Positions 51,921 through 62,834 are shown, counted from the first letter of the stretch. The stretch is 64,000 nt of DNA from Stegostoma tigrinum (GCF_030684315.1 NC_081359.1:92846838-92910837); one strand, 5' to 3'. Translations and numbers: made by a program. Notes: a model not told the origin generated them from the sequence alone.

Positions 51921-52603
51921 ACCGTAGTGAGCCAGGCTGCATGTCTGAAGAACTGGGCAAGTGCCAAACTCTGATTGGCTAGGGTTCTATTAATAGCTTT
52001 TTTAGTTGGGATGGGGAGTTCAGTTCTTCATGTAACTCATCTCTATGTTTTCAGAATAAGTAACATAAAATGAGGTTTCAGAAGCTGCAAACAAAATCCA
52101 AGTCACTTATCAGTTTGCTTTTCATGTTAGAATGTAAAGTTACTGTATGCATTTTAGGTGGAATACATACCAGAATATAATTATTTTAATCAGTATTTGT
52201 GTGAAGTGCATTTAATATCCGAAGTGCAGTCATAGTAAAGCCTTGCTTCCTTGTCACTTTCACCATTTCTCATTGATGGAAACGCTATTGTAAGACCTCA
52301 CCCAAAGTATGCTCCAAGGAGTACTTCAGATTAACATCAGAGGGGCCTAAATTGATTGTTCCAACCTCCCCGTCAGCTCTGTGTTCTTAATCCAGCAAGG
52401 CATTTTGCTGCAAAATGGAGCATGGCCTTTGTATTGAACAAAGGGAAATACTGGAATGAATATTCCTGGCCCATTGGTGACAGTGTGACATGCTGGCAAT
52501 CTGTTTCAGTTAAGTGAATCCAATTGGCGGAGGTAACAAGATAATAAAATGTGAGGCTGGATGAACATAGCAGGCCAAGCAGCATCTCAGGAGCACAAAA
52601 GCT

Positions 52604-52631
52604 GACGTTTCGGGCCTAGACCCTTCATCAG
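52604..52631 (-). ncRNA. Minimal hammerhead ribozyme motif (left arm)
   Basis: Reverse complement is CTGATGA-a-GGGTCTAGGCCC-GAAAC-GTC. Confidence 0.6.
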
Positions 52632-52907
52632 AGAGGGGGATGGGGAGAAGGAACTGGAATAAATAGGGAGAGAGGGGGAGGCGGACCGAAGATGGAGAGT
52701 CAATGGGAGAGAGATTCCCCGAGGTTGGTCCGGAGGGAGGAGGGTATCTCTGATACTATTTTAACCTCACTGCGAAGCCCACCTGAAGAAGTTACCCTCC
52801 TCCCTCCGGACCAACCTCAGGGAATCTCTCTCCCATTGACTCTCCATCTTCGGTCCGCCTCCCCCTCTCTCCCTATTTATTCCAGTTCCTTCTCCCCATC
52901 CCCCTCT

Positions 52908-52935
52908 CTGATGAAGGGTCTAGGCCCGAAACGTC
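52908..52935 (+). ncRNA. Minimal hammerhead ribozyme motif (right arm)
   Basis: CTGATGA-a-GGGTCTAGGCCC-GAAAC-GTC; only about 2 bp of local stem I. Confidence 0.6.
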
Positions 52936-54078
52936 AGCTTTTGTGCTCCTGAGATGCTGCTTGGCCTGCTGTGTTCATCCAGCCTCACATTTTATTATCT
53001 TGGAATTCTCCAGCATCTGCAGTTCCCATTATCTCTGATACTATTTTAACGAGGTAACAATGTGGGTTTTAAGATCAATCCTTTGTACAGCATATTCTAG
53101 AGTCAGCCAAAGGTAAGGGGTATCATAGGAATACCTGTCCCTAGATGATGCTGATCATAATGTGATTAACTTCAGCTAGAGGGAAAGAAAAGTGTTTTAA
53201 ACTTAAATATGAGTCATTAGATGGTATGAAGACAGAAATAGCCAAACTGAACTGGGAAATTAGGTTAACCGATAAGTTGGTCAAGATCCAGTGGCAAACA
53301 TTTAATGAGATATTTCATTTAGCAAATATAGATTTCAATGAGAGAGATTTTTGGAAAAAAAATGCACTGTTCATGGCAGGGCAAAGAAGGTAAGGAGAAT
53401 TTCAAGTTGGAAGAAAAAGTGTTCTAGCCAACTCCAGAACCACCTCGGATCTTACACTACAAAGGTCATGGATCTTATAAATAGAGTTGAAAATGAAAAG
53501 AAAAGTTGTTTAAATATGAGATTACAAAAGACCAGTGATATTGAACTGTATGTATTTTTAAAAGGTGATATCTAACCCAGCCAGAGACTTATCCAACCCT
53601 AGCTTGAAGGAATTCAGTCAATCCTTGTCATTGTATGAGCTGACAGACTGTCCCACAGTTTCACTATTTTCTGGGAGCAGAAGAACATGTAATGTCTAAC
53701 CTAGTTCTGATATGCCCTGGCTTGAACTTGTGATTCCTTGTCATTCTAATCTATTTTGTTGAAACAAGATCTCGCACTATTCAATCTAATTGCTTCTTCA
53801 TCTTGTATAGTTCAGTCAAATTACCTGTAGGTCTCTGCTTCTGTAAAGTGTGGAACCTCAGCACTTTGAGCCTATCTTGGTAAACCACCATAACCACATT
53901 ATGTTGTACGTTTTTGCTATTTTCAGAAATTTACTTTCTAAGCAATTTCTTTTTGTACGTTCTCTCAAAGCTATGTCCGATTGAAAAAACGAGCAATTTT
54001 TTCAGTTTTTTATTCTGTCATTTTGTCCATTTTCATTTCCTATCTTTGACTGAACCTTTTCCTAATTCCATCCCACAG

Positions 54079-54147
54079 TACTCTGACCCTTACAAGAATC
54101 ATAGCTCCTTGACTTTAGGTGGGACAGGCAGCGAAGAAGAAGAGCAG
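54079..54147 (+). CDS. CRACDL: CRACDL-like coding exon 5, 69-nt symmetric exon (YSDPYKNHSSLTLGGTGSEEEEQ)
   Basis: Long pyrimidine tract plus cacag| acceptor, cag|gtaata donor, phase 0/0, in frame between exons 4 and 6. Resembles the SLxLxGxGSEEEE segment of the family. Confidence 0.78.
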
Positions 54148-54438
54148 GTAATAATTCAAAACTCCCAATTTTGGGAGGACCCTCAAAAGCCTACATAGGA
54201 AATAATTAGCTGCGAGCATACCTCTCAACTGTCCCAGTTTAATCAGGAGACCCCTGTATGTTGCTTCAGAAAGCTGCATGTGAGACTGCAAGCAGGCTTG
54301 TTGAATAGTGCTAGAATATTGCTCGCCCATACCAAACAAAGAACCAAATTCCGCCTTTTCAATACCTTTTGAAACTGCTGATTGAGAGGTGTGGTTGGGA
54401 GAGTTCACTCAGTGGACGGTGCGAGTTAAGTCGCAGCG

Positions 54439-54551
54439 TCAGTAACAGAGATGAAGGGCCCGGGCCCGAAACGTCAGCTTTTGTGCTCCTGAGATGCTGC
54501 TTGGCCTGCTGTGTTCATCCAGCCCCACACTTTGTTATCAGTAACAGAGAT
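54439..54551 (+). mobile_element. 85-bp PLE family A micro-insert starting inside the hammerhead
   Basis: 14-bp TSD tcagtaacagagat (54439-54452, 54538-54551) around gaagggcccgggcccgaaacgtcagc...cacactttgtta. Confidence 0.8.
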
Positions 54552-54604
54552 TTTGTGAGGTTAGTTTGTAAATAACACGAAGTTGTCAGAGAGTAGAAGG
54601 TTGT

Positions 54605-54950
54605 TTTTTAATTCATTCTTGGGATGTGGGCATCACTGGCCAGGTCAGCGTTTATTGCCCGTCGCTAAAAGCGGAAAGGACAGTTAAGTGTCAACCATAT
54701 TGCTGTGTGTCTGGAGCCATGTGTCAGACAAGTTAAGGGCAACAGTTTCCTTCCCTATTGGGCATTAGGGAACCAAATGGGTTCTCCTGACAATTGACAA
54801 CAGTTTCGTGGTCGTCCTTCGACTCTTAATTCCAGATTTTTATTTCATTCAAATTCCATAATCAGCCATAGTGGGATTTGAACCTAGGTCCCCAGAACAT
54901 TACCAGGGTCTCAGGGTAAATATACTAGTGATTATATCAGTAGGTTGTCA
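54605..54950 (-). mobile_element. tRNA-derived SINE
   Basis: Reverse complement of the 11945/31680 family; gtgggatttgaacc B-box. Confidence 0.65.
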
Positions 54951-55027
54951 TCTCCACTTCACTGTAGAGGTTTGCCCTGCATGTACATAATGGCACTGAA
55001 AGGATATGAAAAGTAAGGATGTGTCGC

Positions 55028-56702
55028 GATAACAAGATGTCGAGCTAGATGAACACAGCAGGCCAAGCAGCATCAGAGGAGCAGGAAGCTGACGTTTCGG
55101 GCCTAGACGCTGCTTCAGAAATGGGGGAGGGGAAGGGGGTTCTGAAATAAATGGGGAGGGGGGGAGGTGGATAGTTGGTGGATAAAGGAGAAGATAGGTG
55201 GAGAGGAGATAGACAGGTCAAGGAGGCGGGGTTGGAGCCAGTAAAGTTGAGTGTAGGTGGGGAATTAGGGAGGGGATAGGTCAGTCCAAGGAGGATGGAC
55301 AGGTCAAGGAGGTGGGATTGGGCTAGTAGGTAGGAGATAGGGGTGGGACTTTAGGTGGGAGAACAAGTTAGGGAGGCGGGTACGAGCTGGGCTGGTTTTG
55401 GCACGTGGTTGGGGGAGGGGGATTTTGAAGTTTGTGAAGTCCACATTGATACCATTAGGCTGCAGGGTTCCCAAGCAAAATATGAGATGCTGTTTCTGCA
55501 AACTTTGGGTGGCATCGTTGTGGCACTGCAGGAGGCTCAGGATAGACATGTCGTCCAAGGAGGGTGAGTTGAAATGGTTTCCAACTGGAAGGTGCAGTTG
55601 TCTGTTCCAAACCGAGCGCAGGTGCTCCACAAAGTGATCCCCAAGCTACTGCTTGGTTTCCCCAATGTAGAAGAGGCCACATTGGGAACAGCAGATACAG
55701 TTTACCACATTAGCAGATGTGGATCTGTTCGATGTGGAAGGTCTTTTTAGGGCCGGGGATGGGGGTGAGGGGGGAGGTATAGGGGCGGGTGTAGTACTTG
55801 CTCCGGTTGCAGGGGAAAGTGTCGGGTGTGGTGGGGGTGGAGTGGACAAGGGAGTCATGGAGAGAGTGGTCCCTCTGGAAAGCAGATAAGGATGGGGAGG
55901 GAAAGATGTCTTTGGTAGTGGGGTCAGATTGCAGATGGCGGAAGTGTCGGAGGATGATGCGTTGGATCCGGAAGTTGGTGGGGTGTACATGAAGATGAGA
56001 GGGATTCTGTTTTGGGTTTTATTGTGGGGAGCGGGTGTGAGGGATGAGTTGCTGGAAATGCGGGAGACACGGTCGAGGGCGTTTTTGACCATGTGGAGGG
56101 GAAGTTGCAGTCCTCGGAAAAACGAGGACATCTGGGTTGTCCGGGAGCGGAATGCCTCATCTTGGGAGCAGATGTGGCAGAGGCGAAGGAATTGGAAATA
56201 GGGGATGGAATTTTTGCAGGAAGGCAGGTGAGAGGAAGTGTAATCCAGGTAGCTGTGGGAGTTGGTGGGCTTGAAATGGATATCACTTTCTAGGTGGTTG
56301 CCAGAGATGGAAACAGAGAGGTCCAGGAAGGAGAGTGAGGTATCAGAGATAGTCCAGGTGAACTTAAGGTTGGGTTGGAAGGTGTTGGTGAAGTGGTTGA
56401 ACTGTTCAAGCTCCTCATGGAAGCGTGAGGCGGCGCCGATACAGTCATCAATGTAACGGAGGAAGAGGTGGGGTTTGGGGCCAGTGTAGGTACAGAAGAC
56501 GGATTGTTCCAGGTATCCTCCAAAGAGGCAGGTATAGCTTGGGCCCAAACGGGTACCCATGGCCACCCCCTTTGTCTATAGGACATTAGAGGAATTGAAG
56601 GAGAAGTTGTTAAGGGTGAGGAGGAGTTCAGCTAAGTGGATGAGGGGGTCAGTGGAGGGAGACTGTTTGGGCCTGCGGGACAGGAAGAAGTGGAGGGCCT
56701 TT
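55028..56702 (-). mobile_element. 5'-truncated Penelope-like element (RT + GIY-YIG endonuclease, frameshifted) with family A terminus
   Basis: GVAMGTRLGPSY, FLRYIDDCIG, LSFLDL, FKPTNSHSYLDYTSSH, CSQCGLFYIGETK and EHLRSV..PVGNHFNS. Candidate TSD aggatg(t/g)gtcg at 55016-55026 and 56703-56713. Confidence 0.92.
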
Positions 56703-57275
56703 AGGATGGGTCGATATGTGTTTCCTTTTTAATCACAATCTTGTCTTCTCCTAGGTGTATCTTACTTTTACTTTTTTAGTTTATTTTGTACATGGATTGT
56801 CGACAGTGCTGGCTCGGCTAGCTTTTATTGTCCACTCAAGTTGCCCTTGAGAAGGTGATGGTGGATCGTGTGGTGTTAGGATGCCCTACAGGTTCCCACA
56901 GGAGGGAGTTCTGGGTTTTTGGCTCAGAAACAGTGAGGAAATGTTAATATGGCTCCCTGTCAGGGTGGTGTGTGGCTTGGAGGGGAGCTTGCGGTTGGTG
57001 ATGTTCTGTTCATGCTTAGCTTTAAGTTCTAATATTTTCCCTGCCACTGAGAATAAACTAAGTGTCCTGTGTAAATGTTTAACAGCTCTGTAATACACTG
57101 TAAAGTGCTGCAGTTTATAGACCTGCTCCTCTGGGAAGGAAAGTCTAGGCCTCCCTAGGACTGGAAGTAACCATTTCTTTATGAGATACTTCCTATTCTA
57201 CATCTACCAGGATGTCAACAGGTCGCACTGAGGCGCATGGTTCAGACATAAAAATCACACTGCTCTCTATTGTGT

Positions 57276-57377
57276 AGGGATAGTAGGAACTGCAGATGCT
57301 GGAGAATCTGAGATAACAAGGTGTAGAGCTGGATGAACACAGCAGGCCAAGCAGCATCAGAGGAGCAGGAGGAGGGT
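57276..57377 (-). mobile_element. PLE family A terminal fragment
   Basis: gggatagtaggaactgcagatgctggagaatctgagataacaagg...; degenerate 16-bp flanking repeats at 57260-57275 and 57378-57393. Confidence 0.7.
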
Positions 57378-57720
57378 CTGCTTTCTGTTGTATGTTCTGC
57401 AGAATCAATTCCTAATAGATTGGGGTAGATGGCTGACATCAATCCTCCTACCCTTCTGAAGAGATAAACAATTAATGGTTTAGATGGTCCCTAAGTGAGG
57501 CACTGTTACAAAAAGTCAAGAGGTCAGTGGAAACTTAAAAGGAAACTGATCAAATCAAATCAAAATATCATTCCCAGGGCTAATGTTCCTTTTCACTCTT
57601 TTAAATAAAACCTTAAACAAGTTAGACCATCTCTGATGGGACATTGTAACAAATCAAACAATTAATGGGAACTTACCGAATAAATAAGTTAAATTATTGT
57701 TACCAAATCTCCTTTCTAAT

Positions 57721-57960
57721 CAAAAGCAGGAATTACTGGAAAATCTCAACAGGTCTGGCAGCATTTGTGGAGAGAAAACACAGTTAAAGCTTCAGGTCCA
57801 GCCACTCTTCTTTGAATTGAGTGTTCTGAAGAAGGGACCACTGGACCTGAAACGCTAACTGTGGTTTCTCTCCACAAATGCTGCCAGACCTGCTGAGATT
57901 TTTCAGAAAAGTTTGTTTTTGTTTCAGGTTTCCAGCATCGACAGTTCTTTGTTCTTTTTT
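57721..57960. mobile_element. Fold-back PLE family C insert with decayed hammerhead (57823-57859)
   Basis: caggtctggcagcatttgtggagagaaaacacagtta is inverted versus taactgtggtttctctccacaaatgctgccagacctg; gtt-CTGAAGA-...-GAAAC-GCT-aac. Confidence 0.75.
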
Positions 57961-60659
57961 CTCCTTTCCAATCAACTTGTTCGGACATGTTGCGAAACAT
58001 CGCTGGAGCAAGAGGGAACTGAACCCGAGTCTCCTGGGTCAGAGTTAGGGACATTATCAGTGCACCGTAGATAACTTTCCTCCTTTCTATTTGGGTCTAA
58101 GATTCTATTTGGTGGTTAGAGTGGTAAAGTATGAATCACTCGTGAGTCTTAATGAAAAAAGGCACGTCTGTTAAAAACAAGATTAAGTTTGCTGCACGGC
58201 AGCTTTGGATACAGTGACATCAGGTAATTAGATGTGATAACTAATTTTATCAGGAGATAATTATGATTTCATTGTTTCCATTGGGAACTTGAGCTGGATT
58301 CCTCATTTCCCTAAGACTGTACGACATCGTCAGATTGGGTGGAATTTAATGTAGTCTTGGACATTAATCTTTTCGGGACCATTATATCATACAAAGGCTT
58401 CCTCTTCTGTATGCGGTAAACTAATTGACTCCTACAGTTTCCCACTAGGAATTAGCATTGATCCCTCTGAACCGTGTCCTTCATTTAAAACAGATTTAAT
58501 CATTGCAAGGTTCTTTTTAACAACATTGTACTTTTCTCCATGGTCTACTGTGCTCAAGCTTAGCTGTCACTCTTGTATTATTTTGTCCCTTTCTCTTAGA
58601 TGTACTTTAAAATGCATCATGCTGTGACCACTGCTATGAGTTCAATTCCATGACTAAAATTGCCTGGAACAGACACATTTTTAGTCCTGCTCATCTTTCT
58701 AATCTGTGTACAGAATGCCTCTTCCATTTCTTTCCCATAACTTAAAAGCCTAAAATAAGCTGCCATGAATATAGCAAGCTTTTTGTTCGAACTCCAGCAA
58801 TAATAACTGTCTGTACCTCTTCCTTGTCTACCACCTACTTTATCTTGCCTAATCTTCCTCTGTATAAAATGTTAACATTTATCTTGCTTCCAAAGAATAG
58901 ATGAGGCACTACTTAATTGTGTATAGTAATTACTGGCAGACACACAACGCAAGAGCTTTCTTGAGATTGTAAAAAGTCTTTGTTAGTTAGTGATAATCTG
59001 AAAATGAAATGTTATGAATGAATTCATTTAGTTTTTCTCTACCTCAATGGGTTACATTACAAGTTTGAACAATGCTTGATTTTTGCCATAAATTCTGTCA
59101 ATGAGATCATTTTACTCTCTTTCCTTTGTGCATATTCATTCAGAGTTCCCACCATAACTCCAATGATACAATCAATCTGTGGCCTCGAAACTGGATCAGT
59201 TTGTAAACTGAGAGTCAGTGTGTTCCCTGATTGGAAGCTTGACATGTTAAGCAGTGATGGAATCTCCAAATGGATGATAGTTCCCACTCTCTTTGGTTAT
59301 CTGAGAGTCTTTCAATGTGAATTATTAACTGAAACCAAAAATTGTGGACAGTAGAAGGGCCTGTGATCAATGCAGTATGTCCTATGTAATCTGCCCTTAC
59401 TGTCACAGTATGTAGACTTCCCACTTTTTCCAGAAGCCAGGTACTGTCCTGGAAGAGGGAAGCAAAACAGATGAACCCTCGGGTCAGTTAGAGGAAGAAA
59501 AATGTTGTTGGCAGAAGCAAAGAAAGAGGATAGACAATCACAATTATATGGCAGGAAATGACCTGAAACCAGTGGCTGAAGAATCAACTCCATCTGGGCC
59601 ATGTCTAGTTTTGCTGCAAGCTTCAAATTGAGCTCCATTGAATAGGAAGGAATTCTGTAACTGTGTTCACTTAAAATTTCAAAATAATCTTTGCTTAAGA
59701 TGAGCTTGCGCAAGCATGCAGGGGGACCACCATTTAAACCCAGACTTGGCACCAAGTTACACTGATCATGGTAGTGGTGCTTGTGGAACAGTGGCAGTGC
59801 CCCTACCTCTGAGCTATAAGGCCTGGTTCAAGTTCCACCTGTACCAGAGGTGTGCCATGCCACATCTGGGCAGCTTATTTAAAACCTATGTACACCAGTA
59901 ATGGTTACCAACTCAGAATTGGAACTAACCCTGGATTTAGAGTTTCACTTTGTATATCAACAAACTAGTCCTTTTAATACACCCCTAAGACGATTTTAGA
60001 GACTTGTGAACCACGTGTGCTACCTGATATGATTGGTCAGTTTTCATTGTGTTTCAAATGAGTTCCTGTTCATAAACACATCTTTTTTAAACGTACCGTA
60101 ACCCATTAGCAATCAAGTTAGTTTTATAAGTTAAAATCCATGAACCAGTGTTATACCACCTTAATAAATCTGTTAGCTTTGGTACATTGCTGTTATAATC
60201 AATTGAAGTCACTGCTGGGAATTAATCAGTGCATCAAAATGTCTGTTCATGTGAGGCCATTGATATAATTATATCAAACAAACTGATTTAAGTAGCCATT
60301 GGAATGATCAATTATTCAGTTGAAACATATTTGAATATTTACTTTAATAAAATAAATCCCCCATAATATGAATATATAAAATTTATGATAAAATGTAACC
60401 CAAGAAAGAAGTGGTGTGTTTTATTTGCATATGACAGTTTGATTGTCGATGCCTACAGTATGTGTTTTGCACACAGCAGAAACCTGTAAACAATAATTTA
60501 GTGATGAGCTAATTAATCAATTTATCAGTTTACATGAGGAACATTAATTTGGAGAACTTAATGATCTTTGATTTGTACAAGAAATGTGTGCAATGCGAGC
60601 CTGAGAGATTGAATGATAGAAAGGTCCTTCATTTACCATTCCATTACATTTTCAATACT

Positions 60660-61400
60660 GCTTTTATAACAACAGCCTGTGTTTATATAGCATGTAACAG
60701 AACATCCCAAGCTCCTCTTCACTGATATCAAGCCACATGAGATATTAAGACAGATGACTAAAGGATTGATCACAGAAATGTCTCAAAAGGTGGAAAAGAA
60801 TGACACAATTTTATAATGGGCTTCTGTTTGCACAGAGTTAAGTTGATACTTTGCTCTTGGAGGGAGAGAGATTGAGGGAAGGGGTTTCTAGAGTTCCAAA
60901 CATTAACCTGGAAGCATGGCTCCCAGTGGTAACAATTAAATTCAGGAAGGCTGAAGAGGCCAGAATTAGAGGATTATAGATGGCTTGGAGGATTGTGGTG
61001 TTGGAGGAGATTACAGCAACGGGAAGGTGTGAGACCATGGAAGAATTTGAAAGTTTGAGTGAGGCCTTTAAAATGGAGGCATTTATTAATTCGAGCCAAG
61101 ACAGGGTAATGTATGGCTTGATGCAAGGTAACACGTGGGCAGCAGCATTTTTTTTGATGATCCCAAGTTATAAGGCTGGACGATGGGAGGTCAGCTTCCT
61201 GATGTGTCAGAACAGTCAAGGCAAGAAGGAGCAAGGGCTTCCGTGAGGTTTTCAGCAGCGAATGAGCTGAGGCAGGGACAGAATTGGGCAATACTATGGA
61301 AATGGAAGTCGGTGGGTCTTAATGTTATTGCTGAAATGTGGCTTGAAACACATCTCCGGTTCAAAGAAGACACTAAGATTGCCAGCAGTTTCCAAGGAGT
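60660..61400 (-). mobile_element. Decayed L2-clade LINE 3' region
   Basis: Minus strand resembles the L2 C-terminus (SHI..IT..DFHFHSIAQ.CP.LS, ..HYPVL..HFK..L.FK.FHGL.P..NLLQ). Confidence 0.6.
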
Positions 61401-61782
61401 GGGCTGGATTTGCTGGTAAGGATTGGAATCTTTATTGATATAATATTGACTTCACTTTAAGTGGACATCTTTGGCTATAAAGCACCTTAGGATATCCAGG
61501 AGTTTTGACATGTCAGTATGTGAGTACAATTTCATTATTTCCTTTCTAAAGGCTGTGAACACTATGGTACTTCTGCTGTATTCACTGGAGTGTCGGAATG
61601 CATTATTTGCCTGTGTTAGAATTGTGGTTTCTTTTCTGCATTGTTAAAATCGAAATCTGCAATCCACCATCAATACAGCTCAGAAGTGCTAATGGTTGTT
61701 GCATTGACTGGAAGCCTTTGTTCTGAAATCTTACATGCTGTTGTTTATATTCTGTGTAAAGTCTAGCCTTACTGTTCTACAG

Positions 61783-62037
61783 ATTTCATCAAGATCTTCC
61801 TCCAGGCCCAACAGTCCCCTCTGCACCTACCTTCCAACAAGGTCAAGCTCAAGATCTCGGAGTCCCACATCACCACCAGTTTCGATCTCTTCTTCTGACA
61901 GCTTTGTTGTGCCTGCCATTGATTTTAACTCTCCACCTATGTTCTCCACTTGTCTTGATAATTCTGCAGCGAGACACAAACTCTCAGTGAAGCCACGCAA
62001 TCAACGATCTTCCTCTAAACAAAGAAGGTCTTCTTCA
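61783..62037 (+). CDS. CRACDL: CRACDL-like coding exon 6 (ISSRSSSRP...IDFNSPPMFSTCLDNSAARHKLSVKPRNQRSSSKQRRSSS); gene continues beyond window
   Basis: ctacag| acceptor, tca|gtaagt donor, 255 nt, phase 0/0. CLDNSAAxHKLxVKPRNQR is the conserved DUF4592 core. Confidence 0.92.
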
Positions 62038-62834
62038 GTAAGTGTTGAATATCTTCTATGTGAAATGCACTATTTTCACCCATTTCGTTCACCTGTCCTG
62101 AAGGTTTCCAATGACTGTTAACTGCATAAGGTATTTTCTGTCCTGTAGGAGGAGGTGGCTAAGTTGGATTTGATTCTCATCCTGATTCCACCTTGGACCA
62201 CTTCCTGCTGATCTGGAAAGCTGCCTTTTCCTTAATTTTCTTAACCCAGGGCCTTGCGGACGGTTGTATCCTGTGACCTCATGGTTCATGTTTTTCAAGA
62301 CCTCAGAATTATGAAACAGTCATCTAAGCATTTTATTTATCTTCCAATCTACAGGGTTCTAAAAATGCAACTAAATGTCTACTGTCACTGGGTGATTTCC
62401 TTCAGACTCGCTTTGTCTTAAGATGGCATTCCTGAAAAAGCAGCGCTATTGGGCTTGTGTGGGTGCTATCTCCTTATCTGGAGCAGTTAACTGGAATCTT
62501 ATTTTCCTTGACCTGTCCCCTAACTTTACTAGAACATGTTAAATTCCTTCTCAAATTACGTGTTAGCGCATAGCTCAATAGCTACTTCTGACTATATTTC
62601 ATGCTTAATTAATTCTGTGGGTGGGAAATTATGGTTCTGAGTGTTCCAGGCAATCGTACAGTGACACTCTTGATTCTGTGCCCTTTCAAAAAATGCAGAA
62701 GCTCCTAACAATCTTCAGTGTTGTCCATTCCAGTGAAATGCTTCAGTCTTTCAAAGCTTTCTGCATAACTAACCCATCATTTTAGTTTTAGTTCCAGTGA
62801 GACTTCACTGTAGTCTTTTTTGTGAGCAGAACGT

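Larger units (their letters stand above)
52530..53060. mobile_element. Palindromic non-autonomous mini-PLE (210-bp arms)
   Basis: 10-bp TSD gaggtaacaa (52530-52539, 53051-53060); arms 52537-52746 and 52793-53002 with 2 mismatches seen. Confidence 0.9.

Noticed and set aside
47794-53060. TIR+TSD structures as MITEs or DNA transposons
   Set aside because: The arms are the terminus of a coding Penelope retroelement (55028-56702), vary in length and are asymmetric, and TSD length varies, unlike cut-and-paste elements.
5693-57377. Recurring gctggatgaacacagcaggccaagcagcatc as a CRISPR-like repeat
   Set aside because: Dispersed in both orientations with no regular spacers, no cas genes, and a vertebrate context.
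61735-62121. Stand-alone 128-aa ORF (likewise 37042, 42315, 49207, 53914)
   Set aside because: These are internal exons plus intronic read-through; splice sites define the real coding limits.
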